Positions 14,001 to 26,789 of a stretch of 64,000 nt of DNA are shown here, piece by piece; the first letter of the stretch is position 1, and every line of letters begins with the position of its first letter. The stretch is from NCBI GenBank assembly GCA_038087875.1, contig JAXLNO010000081.1, positions 1 to 64,000 of the forward strand. Reading direction: 5' to 3'. The position numbers and the translations under genes were made by a program. The notes under the pieces are model-generated. The model saw only the letters and a list, made by a program, of their open reading frames with translations. It had not been told where the DNA came from and ran no database searches. This stretch comes from Malacoraja senta (Eukaryota).

Positions 14001-16427
14001 TAATGGCTGGAATTAGCCGTGAATCGCCTCTGTTCTGGCCTGATGGGCCAAAAGCTACCCAGCTTTATCCCCAGATTCAAAAACGTGTTGCCTAGATTTA
14101 AGCAGTCGTAGCTTGGCTTTATTAATAGAGGTCAAAGTCTGTTTGTAGCCTAAGGCGTTCTCTATAAAGGTTAGGGTTTGGGTCAGATGCATATTTGTCA
14201 TCAATGTACTTTATTTTTTGTAACAGGTCTGCCGTTTGGTATGTCTCGGTTCTTTTCAGGTTGGAGACAAAAGAGATAAGTTGGCCCCTAATATAGGCTT
14301 TTGAAGCTTCCCAGAGTATACTTCTTTCTATGTCCGGCGAGTCGTTCAGCTCAAAATATAAGGTGATTTGGGAGTGCAAGAATTGCATGTAGTGAGCCTC
14401 TGCTAATAATGAGGAGTTGAACCTCCACTTAAAGGGGTTAGTTCGTTTACGAAAATGAAGATCGAGGGAGGTCGCAGCGTGATCTGATATTACGATGCCA
14501 TGATACTCGCTGGATTTAATTTTGGAGAGCAGTCTGTTATCTAAGAGAAAGAAGTCTATACGGGTATAGGTACGGTGTACATGGGGAAAAAATGAAAATA
14601 ATGTAGTCGTGGGGAATGTAAGTCTCCATGGGACTGTGAGCCCAAGTTGTTTGGCAAGAGCATGCAGAGTGGTACCTGATTTAGTTAAAGTAGAGGCTTT
14701 GTTCGAAGATCTGTCCAGTATAGGGTCTTGGACCAGATTAAAATCTCCACCCACAATGAAGTGGTGATTTTCAATATTCGGGAGAGATGTAAAAAATTTG
14801 GTTATAAATGAGCTGTCATCCCAGTTGGGTCCGTAAATGCTGGCCAATATGACAGGTGTGTCTTGCAGTTTGCCCGACACCATGACAAAGCGCCCAGCAG
14901 GATCTTCCACAGTTTTCTGTGGTTCGAACATAACGTTCTTACGAATCAGGATAGCAGTACCCCTAGCCCTAATATTAAATTTCGAGTGAAATAAGTGACT
15001 AATCCAGCCTCTCTTAAGCCGTGTTACCTCTCTGTTGCGAAGGTGGGTCTATTGAATAAAAAATATATCGCCTTTGAGCTGTTGCAAATGGGCCAAGATC
15101 CTGTCAGTTTTGGTAGGACTTCCCACCCCTCTCACGTTCCACGAGACAAATCTAAGAGTGTCGTTTGTGTTGGCCATACTTAGCTATATCCAAGCGAGTG
15201 GGTAGTGCGCTGTAGCACTGCAAGACGAGACGGAAGAGCGCATCGAAGCCAGCTGCCGAGAGTGGGCATGTGGAGGGGGGCGGGGGAGTAATTTAAAAAA
15301 AATTATAATAAAAAATAAAAAATAAAAAAAAATAAAAAAAAGATACATACACACGTACACACACAACAAACAAGTGGGACACATATCACTTAACCATCTT
15401 TCAAACCTGAGTCCCTGGACCTGAGATCCCCCATGTCCCAACTGAACCTTGAGGGCCCATTGCACCAAGGTGCGTTGTCCTCGCATCCGCATGGAGATAT
15501 CCGATCTTAGCTCCCAATATTTCCACCTCCCAAAGCGACAAAATCACTCGATGTCAGTAAAGTAACATAAAATAAAATAAGTATAGTAGTAGTAATAATA
15601 ACAATGGTAATAATAATTTGAAAAATAGAAAGTAGAAATAAAGTAAGATAAACATAAATAAATTAATACAAAGTTAAAATAATAGCCATAGTAGTTGCAC
15701 TGCCAATATCATGGCTAACACTAATGGTAATGATAGTAATGACGATAGTAATAATAAGACAAAGCAAATTAACAAAATGGTGATACTGAATAAGCAGGCT
15801 AACGCATAAGTGGCGCCAGAATAGCTTCCTTTGGTGTTACATAGTATGTCTTAAAGTCGACAAAGTATAAAGAGAGAGTTAGCATTGGAAAAGTTAGCAA
15901 ATTACCAACTGGGCTCTTGGATTAAAGCGCAGGGCAAAAGAACATCAATTAAGTATTGTTAAACAAAAACGCTATAAGAGCAGATTGGTATAACACAGCC
16001 TTGGCTGTAATTAGCTCTTATCAGCCCCAGACAGTCCGCTAGGAAGACTAGTGTAAACAAACTAGCCGAGTGCTGACAGCGTTAGCAGCCAGCTGCTAAG
16101 AACAAGAAGGCAGAGACCAAATCACGAAACACAAAGCGGGTCCCTTAAGCCCAATTTTATAGCATGTGCAGGTGAAGGACCTTTCAAGTATGATTACACA
16201 TAAACAATATAAGAAAACTTGTTATAAGATAGTCACGAATCGTGGTGAATTCTTACCAGCCTCATACATTTCAAGACGGGGTCTAGTATAATCAGCAATG
16301 CCGAACGCTAGCAATAGCTAGTTGCTAAGAGCAGTCAAGCTAAAGTTAGTCCATGTAACCGTAGATTAACCGGGCCCCTGTGCCACTCGGATATAGACGT
16401 ACCGAACGAAGTCAGTCGTCTGTAGGT
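11068..16427 (-). mobile_element. L1-clade LINE, 5'-truncated, inserted into a minus-strand CR1 fragment
   Basis: Near-complete ORF2, A-rich 3' end at ~11070, and the flanks atgtctaaatgtt... and ...cttaaacattgtgatagt rejoin as CR1 sequence. Confidence 0.88.
11442..15177 (-). pseudogene. L1-clade ORF2 (APE endonuclease, RT, C-terminal zinc knuckle), frameshifted
   Basis: Starts MANTNDTLRFVSWNVRG. Contains GGDFN, ISDHA, KSPGPDG, YRPISLLN, SLDAEKAFDRV and CNRCNQSPANHRNMFWSC. TGA at 11442-11444. Confidence 0.9.
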
Positions 16428-17109
16428 CTTAAACATTGTGATAGTATCTGCCTCAACTACCTCCTCTGACAGCTCCTTCTATACACCCATCAAAAAAGTT
16501 ACCCCTCTGATTCCTATTAAATATTTCCCCATTCATCTTAAACCTATGTCCTCGGGTTCTCGATTCTCCTATACTGGGCAAGAGACTCTGTTTATCTACC
16601 CAATCTATTTCTCTCACGATTTTATACAACTTTATAATATCACACCTCACCCCACTGCGCTCCAAGGAATACAGTCCCAGCCTGCTGAACTAATCAAGAA
16701 TGTCAATCTCCGACTAAAAAAATACCCGATGACTTGGCCTCACTAGCCGTCTGTGACAATGAATTCCACAGACTCACGAACCTTTGAGTAAATACTTGTT
16801 TCCTTGAAGCACAGGATGCTGGCCTGACGGAGGTTTATACAATTATGAGGGGCATAGACAAGGTGAATAGTTATAGTCATTTCCTCAATTAGCGGTGCCC
16901 AGAACTAATTGCAGTCTAAAGGCTCAGGCACTTGTCAATTATTATTATGGGCTTCCCTCTTATTGACCAGAGCCGCAATATGCAATGCGTCGAATGATGA
17001 AGGCAAGTATACCACCCACATTATTTACAGCAAACCAAATTGACCATGTACTCCTTCTGTGATGAGCATGAAATGAGGCAGAGATGGGTCATATCATAGA
17101 ACATATTAC

Positions 17110-17600
17110 ATAGACAGAGAACTTTGAAAATAGGTGTAGGAGCAGGCCATTCGGCCATTCGAGCCAGCACCTCCATTCAATTCGATCATGGATGTTTATC
17201 TAAAACCTGGACCCTGTTCTTGCTTTTTCCCCATATCCCTTGATACCGTTAGCATCAAGGGATATATCAACTCTTGAAAACATTCAGTGAATTTGCCCCC
17301 ACTGCCTTCTGTGACAGAGAATCCCACACATTCACAACTCTCTGGGTGAAAAAGTATGTATTTAGCTCAGTCCTAAATGGCCTACCACTTATTCTTATAC
17401 TGACCCCTGGTTCTGGACTCCCCCAACATAGGGAAGATTTTTTCAGCCCGTTCAATCCCTTAAGAATTCAAAATGTTTCTATCAGATCTCCTCTCATATT
17501 TATAAATTCCAGTGAATACAAGCCCAGTCGACCCATCTTTCGTCATATGTCAGTCCCGCCATCCCGGGAAGTAACCTGGTGAACCTACGCTGCACTCCCT
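17110..17600 (-). mobile_element. CR1 3' fragment
   Basis: FFTQRVVNVWDSL and the conserved CR1 3' UTR. Confidence 0.85.
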
Positions 17601-17706
17601 CAATTCACTTCAGGTCCTTTAGTTCAGTTGTGAACTACTGCGTGAAGACAGGCCCTTCGGCCAACCGAGTCTGCACCGGCCAGCGATCACCCCACACACT
17701 AGCACT

Positions 17707-18058
17707 GATGATGATGGATTATATTTATATAGCGCCTTTCTAATACTCAAGGCGCTTTACATCGCATTATTCATTCACTCCTCAGTCACACTCGGTGGTG
17801 GTAAGCTACTTCTGTAGCCACAGCTGCCCTGGGGCACACTGACGGAAGCGTGGCTGCTAATTTGCGCCTACGGCCCCTCCGACCACCGCCAATCACTCAC
17901 ACACATTCACACACATCCACACACATTCACACGCAGGCAAAGGTGGGTGAAGTGTCTTGCCCAAGGACACAACGACAGTATGCAATCCAAGCGGGATTCG
18001 AACCGGCTACCTTCCGGTTGCCAGCCGAACACTTAGCCCATTGCGCCATCTGTCGGCC
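17707..18058 (-). mobile_element. CORE-type SINE with L2-like tail
   Basis: On the minus strand: B-box ggttcgaatcc, CORE-like gtgtccttgggcaagacacttcaccc and tail aaagcgccttgag...aggcgctatataaat. Confidence 0.7.
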
Positions 18059-18251
18059 ACATCGTACACACACACAAGGGATAATTTACAATTTTACCGA
18101 AGCCAATTAGTCTACAAACCTGTACGTCTTCAGAGTGTGGGCGGAAACCGGGGCACCCGAAGAAAACCATGCACGTCATGGGGAGAACGTACAAACTCCG
18201 TAGAGAAAGCACCCGTGGTCAGGATCATACCCGGGTCCCTGGCACTGCAAG

Positions 18252-19273
18252 TAGCAATGTTACAAAATTTTGAGATTTTAAAAATAAAGTCTGCAATTTA
18301 TCCCATCAGATAAAGCATAAAAGGAAGTTTAATTTGACACCTAATTCACTTTCATATCTTCAGTATTAAAGAAGGTATGGCCATTTTCATACTCGGAAAT
18401 TAGCATCTTGTTCCCTATTGCTTTTCCATTGACTTAACACAAAAGCTGTGATCGAGGACAGTTAAAAGCCCATAACTTTCTTAAAAATTAAGATAACTGA
18501 AAGAAGTTTTCAGTTATTATAGATTGACGCATTCTGAAACAAATATGAAACAATCTTACTTAGAAGACATGAAAGTAAAGCATATAATTAGTTAGTTACC
18601 TAATTGTAGCTAATTACAAAATTCAATTACTAGATCTAAACATCTATCAATTTCTTAAGAATAGATTAACATTTTTAAATAGCCTAAGTGTCCAAATAAC
18701 ATTCACACAATAACTCACAATATAACATAATTTTTTTATCTCATTTTCATGAATTTACAGGCCAAATGGAAGGAATTGAATGTTTAATACCTGTAAATTA
18801 ATGGGCATTTAAATCATCTTGTGAGTGAGGATTTCTGGAACGCGATGTTTTGGAACGTTGATTTGTGGTGATTTTAACCCCGTATTGGCATGAAAATTAC
18901 TGCCGTTAATTCGGGGAATAAAATCACCGTGTCGCATGAAAAAATGTGAATTAAAGGCTTCTTAAGAAGCACTTTTATACATTTAAAGAAACCACTTTCG
19001 TTTACCTGTCCCGTGTGTGAAATCCGTCCCCGTTATCGGCGTTGACGCTTCAGGAGCTGCTTTTAAAATTACTCTAGCGCTGACATTGACGATTTAATAA
19101 AAATAAAAAATACACAAAATGCTACTAGGGACGATTCTTCAGCCAACGCTTGTACTCCAACAAAATATTAACCAGGACAAGGGAGGAGAAACCGCGTTTT
19201 AACCCCGCCCCCCGCGCACACGGCCAGTGGCAGAATTACAGCGCGACTGAAGGTAAGTTTTGTAACATACCTA
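18252..19273. mobile_element. Non-autonomous DNA transposon with terminal inverted repeats (hAT-like ends)
   Basis: Left end tagcaatgttacaaaa versus reverse complement of the right end taggtatgttacaaaa. Flanking duplication ctgcaag/ctgtaag. It interrupts a SINE. Confidence 0.8.
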
Positions 19274-20254
19274 CTGTAAGGCAGCAACTCTACCGCTGCG
19301 CCACCGTGTTGTCACTGCACTCGTATTGTATTTTGAAACAAAATATTTAGAGATGCAGCGTGGAAACAGGCCTTTCGGCCCACTGAGTCCACGTTGACTA
19401 ACGATCACCATGTACACTGTCCTACACCAGTAAACTATCCTACCTGTAAACCTATCCCATCTGCCGCTGCACCACCGTGCCACTGAAGCCCTTTTCTACA
19501 TTGTACATGAATAAGTAACAGCCTGTACTACTTGACAATATTAGCCTGAGAAAATAGTCCAAACAATACCTGATGGAACAGGTCACCGACTGGAAAGGTC
19601 ACCTTATCTGATAAACGGCATTTGCCAAGGCCTTGAATAAATAAATGATAAATTGCTGTAAAATGCTGGATATGGCATCACGGCAAAACGTTTGCCAGAG
19701 GTTTAAGCGTTCAAGCTCACAGTACAGGAGGGGGAGCAAGAGGAGCAGTCCATGTATCCAAAGACTTATCCCACCAATCGCAGTCATTATTTCTTTCCCT
19801 CCCCCCACTGCGAGAATGGTACAGTTTGAAAGATCGCACCACCAGACTAAGGCACAGCTTCTTCCCCTCTGTTATTAGGTTTTCAAATGGTCTTTCAAAA
19901 AGCTAAGGTATTGCCCGATTCACTTCTACTCAATTGCGGACAATGAACTCTGTCTAAATGATGGGCCAAATGCTGAGAATTATATTATCCAGTCTGTATC
20001 TTTCCTTTTGCTCTACGCAGTGTACCTCAGTTTGACAAGATTGTATTCATAGTAGTATAGAATAGTTTATTGTTACGTGTACCAAGGAAAATTGCAATTT
20101 TTTTTGTAGTGTATTATCCAGCTTCTTCCCGTCTGTTATCAGACTTCTCAGCTGTATTTCCATAAGCTAGAGTACTGTACGATTCATCTCTACTCCATTA
20201 CTGACATTGGTTTTCGTCTATGGAACTGGTGAGCTACCACAATGAGAACTGCTT

Positions 20255-20580
20255 GATTAGTTTAGTTTAGTTTAGTTTAGTTTAGTTTAGTTTAGTTTAG
20301 CAATAAAGCGCGGAAACAGCTTTATGTCCGCATCGACCAGCGATTCCCGCACATTAACACTATCCTATATTAGGGACGCTTTACATTTATACCACGCCAA
20401 TTAACCAACAGACCTGTCCGTCTATGGAGTGTAGGAGGAAACCGAAGTTCTCGGAGAAAACCCAGCCAAGTCACAGAGAGAACGTACAAACTCCGTACAA
20501 ACAGCACCCGTAGTCAAGATTGAACCCAGGTCCCTGGCGCTGTGATATAACAAATGTACCGCTGCGCCTCCGTGCCACCT
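20255..20580 (-). mobile_element. V-SINE (HE1-like) with (tttag)n tail
   Basis: Same body as the other copies, with a tRNA-like head at ~20520-20578. Confidence 0.75.
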
Positions 20581-20689
20581 TCTGGAAAATAATGCAGTGA
20601 GTCGCCACGTTCCAGCGCCATTTTGCAAATACCAAGTCTCTAATAAATCTGATCATGCCCCAAGGAGATTTGAACGTTCTGTTATTCTC

Positions 20690-21230
20690 GCTGTTGCGTC
20701 CAGTTCTGGGCACCGTGTTGTAGGAAAATTGTTGACAAGTTTGAAAGTGTACAGAGAAGATTTACAAAGACTTTGCCAGGACTCGAGGTCTGAGCTATAG
20801 GGAGAGATTGCGTATGCAGGGACTATATTCCTTGGAGCGCAGGAGGAGGATCTTTTAGAGGTGTATAAAATCATGAGAGGAATAGATCGGACAGATGCAC
20901 AGAGTCTCTTGCCCAGAGTAGGTGAATCGAGGACCAGAGTGCATAGGTTAAGGTTGAAGGGGATATGGTTGAATAGGAATCTGAGGGGTAGCTTTTTCAC
21001 ACAAAAGTTAAGGGGAAAATGGAACATGCTGCCAGAGGAGGTAGTTGAGGCAGTTGAGGCAGGGGCAAGCCCAACATTTAAGAAACAGCTAGATAAGTAC
21101 GTGTATAGGGCAGATTTGCAGGCATGTGGACAAAACGCAGAGAGTTGGGAATAGTGTAGCTGGGACACGTTGACCGGTGTGGGCAAATTGCGTCGAAGGG
21201 CCTGTTTCCAAGCAATCGCTCTATGACTCT
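20690..21230 (+). mobile_element. CR1 3' fragment
   Basis: YKIMRGIDR...FFTQK...WNMLPEEVVEA. Confidence 0.8.
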
Positions 21231-21568
21231 GTAAGGCCTGATGACCTGGCAGCACTGGATGGAAGAAGTAGGGGTGGGCCTGGTGCAGCACGATGCGGTG
21301 AGCTCGTCCCACTGCCGCACCGTGCAGCCGCCGCAGGCTGCGCTCAATCTGCTCAGTCGCGCGGCTGCAATGGGGTCTCCCGCGGCCGCCTCCGCCGACA
21401 CCACCACCCACGACCACCACAACCGCACCGTTCATCGCCTCCGGCACCCACCCCTCTGCCTCAGTGCGCCGAGGTCACCGCGACTCAATTCTTGACTACA
21501 TTACGAAATGTAAAGGCACTTTTCAAGGGCGTGGATGTGTAAGATTGAAGCAGGTAATACAATCCGTT

Positions 21569-22110
21569 ACTATACGATACAATACGATAAAACTTTATTA
21601 ATCCCAGGAAGGAAATTGATCTGGCAACAGTCATAAAACACACGATACATGAAATTAAAATGACGAGAGGAAAGCATTGGGGTTGTGTAAAGATTGAGGA
21701 AGGGGGGTGATGGGGGAGTTATTAAGTCTACCCCACGACAGAAGGGGGCGGAGTTGTACAGTTTAATAGCTAAAGGGTAGAAGGATCTCCTGTGGCATTC
21801 TGTACTCCATCTTGGTGGAATCAGTCTGTTGCTGAAGGTACTCCCCAGGTTGACCAGTGTGTCATGGAGGGGGTGAGCTGTATTTGGCAGGATGATCAGC
21901 AGTTTGAGGAGCGTCCTCTCTGCCCCCAGCCTTCTCCGCCCAAATCCCCGCCCACAACTTTCCTGATGAGTTTGTTGATCGTATGGGAGCCCGCGGTCTT
22001 CGCCCTGCTTCCCCAACACGCGGCAGCGAAGAAGATGGCATTGGCTACCACCGATTGATAAAACATCTGCAGCATTTTACTACACACGTTGAATAAACAG
22101 AGCCTTCTCA
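21569..22110 (-). mobile_element. Rex1/Babar-like LINE 3' fragment
   Basis: FLRRLCLFNVCSKMLQMFYQSVVANAIFFAAACWGS and HPLHDTL...RRSFYPLAIKLYN, with a short-repeat tail. Confidence 0.8.
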
Positions 22111-22158
22111 AAAAGCCGGCTCTGTCATTTTTTCTCTCTCTACCCTTCCCTCCCCTCT

Positions 22159-23113
22159 GACTTTCAGAAGGCTTTCGACAAGGTCCCACATAAGAGATTA
22201 GTATACAAACTTAAAGCACACGGTATTGGGGGTTCACTATTGATATGGATGGAGAACTGGCTGGCAGACAGGAAGCAAAGAGTATGAGTAAACGGGTCCT
22301 TTTCAGAATGGCAGGCAGTGACTAGTGGGGTACCGCAAGGCTCAGTGCTGGGACCCCTAGCTATTTACAATATATATTAATGATTTGGACGAGGGAATTG
22401 AATGCAACATCTCCAAGTTTGCGGATGACACGAAGCTGGGGAGCAGTGTTAGCTGTGAGGAGGATGCTACGAGGCTGCAAGATGGCTTGGATAGTCTGGG
22501 TGAGTGGGCAAATGCATGGCAGATGCAGTATAATGTGGATAAATGTGAGGTTATCCACTTTGGTGGCAAAAGCAGGAAAGTACTTATATCTGAATGGTGG
22601 CCGATTAGGAAAAGGGTAGATCCAACGAGACCTGGGTGTCATGGTACACCAGTCATTGAAAGTAGGCATGCAGGTGCAGCAGGAAGTGAAGAAAGCGAAT
22701 GGTATGTTAGCATTCATAGCAAAAGGATTATAGTATAGGAGCAGGGAGGTTCTACTGCAGTTGTACAGGGTCTTGGTGAGACCACACCTGGAATATTGCC
22801 TACAGCGGTCACAGTTTAAGGATAAGGGGGAAATCTTTTAGGACCGTGGTGAGAAAAACATTTTTTTTACACAGAGAGTGGTGAATCTCTGGAATTCTCT
22901 GCCACAGAAGGTAGTTGAGGCGAGTTCATTGGCTATATTTAAGAGGGAGTTAGATGTGGCCCTTGTGGCTAAAGGTATCAGGGGGTATGGAGAGAAGGCA
23001 GGTACAGGATACTGAGTTGGATGATCAGCCATGATCATATTGAATGGCGGTGCAGGCTCGAAGGGCCGAATGGCCTACTCCTGCACCTATTTTCTATGTT
23101 TCTATTTTTCTAT
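22159..23113 (+). mobile_element. CR1 3' fragment with internal deletion at ~22805
   Basis: DFQKAFDKV and FADDTK motifs, tttctatg tail. Confidence 0.9.
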
Positions 23114-24029
23114 GGCCCCTCTGTCCTTAATTATACCAGGTTTCTCCCAGATTGTCCCTAGTGTGTGGAGGATAGCGTCAGAGTGCGGGGATCGCTAGTT
23201 GGCGCGTACTCGGTGGACCGCAATTGCTGCGCAGTATCTTGAAACTAAACTTAACAAAAATATTGCACTAATGCACAATATAATTTATTGCTTAGTACAG
23301 GTTATAGGGAGAAGACAGAAGAATGAGGTTTGGAGGGAGAGTCAGATCATCCATGATTGAATTGCGGAGTATAGGTGATGGCCCGAATGGCCTAATTCTA
23401 CCCCTATTCCTTATGAACTTATAGCAAGCGTAGCAAGTGGAATAAGATTGTCTCTGCAAAATCGTAAGTGACAATAATAAACTAAACTAAACTCAAGCTG
23501 TGAGCAATTTCGGGGCCCATATCCGAGGAGGGACATGCTGGCGTTGGAGAGGATCCAGAGGAGGTTTACCAGAATTATCCCGGGATGATTGGTTCAAGAG
23601 TCAAAAATGTTTTATTGTCACATGTCCCGAAATCTATATAATTAAAAGTCTAATCTTGACCACTTCATGTTTGCGCTGTTGTTTGGTTTTAGAAAAGACG
23701 CTACCATATATGGCTGTGATTTTTTGCCCCACTTATTCAGAGTCCTCCTCCGGTGATCAGGCCCCGAGGATTTTCCCATCGATGAAAAATAAGAGTTATG
23801 AGCGTTTAACATGTTTTGAGATTCTCTCTCCTGTCAATCACCGCGATGAAGGTAACGCTACTTCCGGGGGGGGGGGTAGGACTATAAAACCCCGGAAGCG
23901 TGGGCGTGGCTCAATCTCTACATGATGACGAGGGAGAGGCCACGACTCTCAGTCTGAGCTGGGAATCTACAGAACAATGTGAGTATGCAATGTTCTTGAA
24001 TAAATAATTTGTTAGCCCTTAATGAAAAT

Positions 24030-24665
24030 GAAATTAGTTGTTTGGCCTGCCCTGTGCTTGACACTGCAATTGCAATGGAAATGAAGTGAAAATGCAATGA
24101 GCTGTTTGGCTTGAGCCTGTCCCGTGCTTGAAAATGCAATGGCAATGGAAATGAATTGAAACGCAATCAGCTGTTTGGCTTGAGCCTGCCCTGTGCTTGA
24201 AAGTGCAATGGCAATGGAAATGAATTGAAAATGCAATCAGCGGTTTGGCTTGAGCCTGCCCTGTGCTTAAAAGTGCAATGGGAATGGAAATGAAGTGGAA
24301 ATGCAATCAGCTGTTTGGCTTGTGCCTGCCCTGTGTTTGAAAGTGCAATGGCAATGGAAATGAAGTGAAAATGCAATCAGCTGTTTGGCTTCACCCTGCC
24401 CTGTGCTTGAAAGTGCAATGGCAATGGAAATGAAGTGAAAATGCAATCTGCTGTTTGGCTTGAGCCTGCCATGTGCTTGAAAGTGCAATGGCAATGGAAA
24501 TGAAGTGAAAATGCAATCAGCTGTTTGGCTTGAGCCTGCCCTGTGCTTAAAAGTGCAATGGCAATGGAAATGAAGCGAAATTGCACTCGGCTGTTTGGCT
24601 TGGCCTGCCCTGTGCTTGAAACTGCAATGCAATTGGAAATAAAATGAAATTAGTTGTTTGGCCTG
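24030..24665. repeat. 70-bp minisatellite, ~9 copies, inside the Helitron
   Basis: tgagcctgcc-like anchors recur at 24181, 24251, 24321, 24391, 24461 and 24531. Confidence 0.95.
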
Positions 24666-25105
24666 CATAAAACCACTAATTTCGGCCCACAAGGCCCGTA
24701 TTAGCCGACAAACCAGTCCCTCTTGCCCAAAATACACATATTAGCCCAGGAGGAGCATTTTGGCCGAAGGCTCGTGCCAGGCCAGGAAAAGTCCAGACAA
24801 AGTGCCTTTCACTGAGCTTTCGCTCATATTTTTTAAGAGCCCCTTCGGTCCATCAGGCCTGTACTGCACAGGAGTCCCTTCGGCCCAAAAGTGAGTATTA
24901 CCCCTGCAAGTATTAAACCTCACCCCAGTATTTTTCTCCCTCCCTTAATTTGCTCCCTGTGAGATCCAGGCCAGGGTACACTTTCCTCCTTCATTGCTGT
25001 GATCTGCAGAAAAAGATTTGAAAAATTGCTAAAATTGATTCTCCACCCTCCCCATTCTCTCCCACAAAGTCTCTCACCTGTTTTAAGCAGAATTTCTGGC
25101 AGTTT

Positions 25106-25270
25106 CTGAGCTGCTAGCACACCAGGCCTGAGTGACTGAGCTGCCTGCCCACCAGGCCTGAGTGACTGACCTGCCAGCCCGCCAGGCCTAAGTGACTGAG
25201 CTGCCAGCCCACCAGGCCTGAGTGACTGAGCTACCAGCCCACCAGGCCTGAGTGACTGAGCTGCCAGCCC
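25106..25270. repeat. 30-bp minisatellite, ~5 copies, inside the Helitron
   Basis: Repeat unit ctgagctgccagcccaccaggcctgagtga. Confidence 0.95.
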
Positions 25271-25649
25271 AAGAACCCATTCGGCCCACAATGTCCATAG
25301 TAGCCGTCTGGAAACCAGTCCCTTCGGCCCACAACACCCATACTAGCGCTGCAGATAGCCCCCGCCCCCCACACTGGCCAGCAATATTGGAATTGGTGGA
25401 GAGGTGGAATATTGCGTTGGGGGACCAGCCCTCCCGTGTGAACATGGGACACAACGGGTCCCATTTAGTCTAGTGGAACAATAAAATTCTTATCTGCAGC
25501 AGCACAACAGAATACAGGGAAAATATTTCAAATATCCTTTCTTCAGTCACTGAGAGTAAAGGCTTATTGAATCCTTTATTGAATTCCCTTTCAACTAAAC
25601 GGCTACAATAACCCTTTACTTAACTGTATCTCTCATCTGTGGCATCACA

Positions 25650-26745
25650 GTTTGGCGATGTCAGAGAGGATTATTTTGAACATCTACAGGTGTACAGTAG
25701 AGAGCATATTGATTGGTTGCATCACGGCCTGGTTCGGCAACTTGAACACCTCGGAACGAATAAGATTGCAAAAAGTTGTCAATACTGTCCAGTCCACGGG
25801 CACTGACCTCCCCACCATCGAAGGGATTTACCCGAGTCGCTGCCTCAAAAAGGAAGCCACCGTCGTTAGAGACCCACAACACACAGGCCAATAGACAATA
25901 GACAATAGGTGCAGGAGTAGGCCATTATGCCCTTCGAGCCAGCACCGTCATTCAATGCGATCATGGCTGATCATCCTCAATGAGTACCCCGTTCCTGCCT
26001 TCTCCCCATATATCCTGACTCCGCTATTTTAAGAGCCCTATCTAGTTTTCTCTTGAAAATATCCAGAGAACCGGCCTCCACCGCACTCTGAGATAGAGAA
26101 TTCCACAAACTCACACTTCTCTGTGAAAAAGTATTTCCCATCTCCGTTCTAAATGACTTACCCCTTATTCTTAAACTGTGACCCCTGGTTCTGGACTCCA
26201 CCAACATCGGGAACATGTTTCCTGCCTCTAGCGTGTCCAAACCCTTAATAATCTCATAAGTTTCAATAAGATCCCCTCTCGTCCTTCTAAACTCCACAGT
26301 ACAAGCCCAGCCGCACCATTCTCTCAGCATATGACATTACCACGATACCGGAAATTAACCCTGTGAACCTACGCTGCACTACCCCAATGGCAAGAACGTC
26401 TTTCCTGACATTTGGAGACCAGAACTGCACACAATACTCCTGGTGTGGTCTCCATTGGGCCCCGTATAACTGCAGAAGGACATATGTTATCCTATACTCA
26501 ACTCCTCTTGTTGTCAAGGCAAACATGCCATTCGTTTTATTCACTGCCTGCTGTACCTGGATGCGTACATTCAATGACTGATGAACTAGGTTTCCCAGAT
26601 CTCGTTGTACTTCCCCTTTTCCCAACTTGACACCATTTAGGCCATACACTCATTTCACTCCTACCATCGGGAAGAAGGTACTGGAGCCCGAAACACTGTA
26701 ACGTCCAGGTTTAGGAACAGCTTCTTCCCTATACACATTTGGCTA
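25650..26745 (+). mobile_element. Rex1-like fragment split by a minus-strand CR1 (~25891-26638)
   Basis: YRCTVESILIGCITAWFGN...DPQHTG resumes after the CR1, and aggcca is duplicated at both junctions. Confidence 0.75.
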
Positions 26746-26789
26746 TTCCACCGGTTGGCGCCAGCAATGGCTGCCTCTCCAACAGTCTG

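Larger units (their letters stand above)
17620..19310 (-). mobile_element. tRNA-derived V-SINE (HE1-like) hosting two nested insertions
   Basis: Pieces at 17620-17706, 18059-18251 and 19274-19310 rejoin to match the copies at 20255-20580 and 33370-33725 (gggagaacgtacaaactccgta...agcacccg). Confidence 0.7.
23633..25473 (+). mobile_element. Non-autonomous Helitron
   Basis: 5' TC (tctatataatt), 3' CTAG, inserted between A and T with no target-site duplication. Subterminal hairpin atgggac-N7-gtcccat at 25444-25464. The rejoined flanks match the repeat at ~3610-3660 (reverse strand). Confidence 0.88.

Noticed and set aside
17985..18055. tRNA gene
   Set aside because: The A/B-box-like sequence is the head of a SINE; no complete cloverleaf.
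19599..19878. Possible exon or ORF in non-repetitive sequence
   Set aside because: No recognisable protein motif and no convincing acceptor/donor pair.
23918..24737. Overlapping ORFs and a CRISPR-like look of the 70-bp repeats
   Set aside because: Head-to-tail minisatellite with no unique spacers and no cas genes, in a eukaryotic context.
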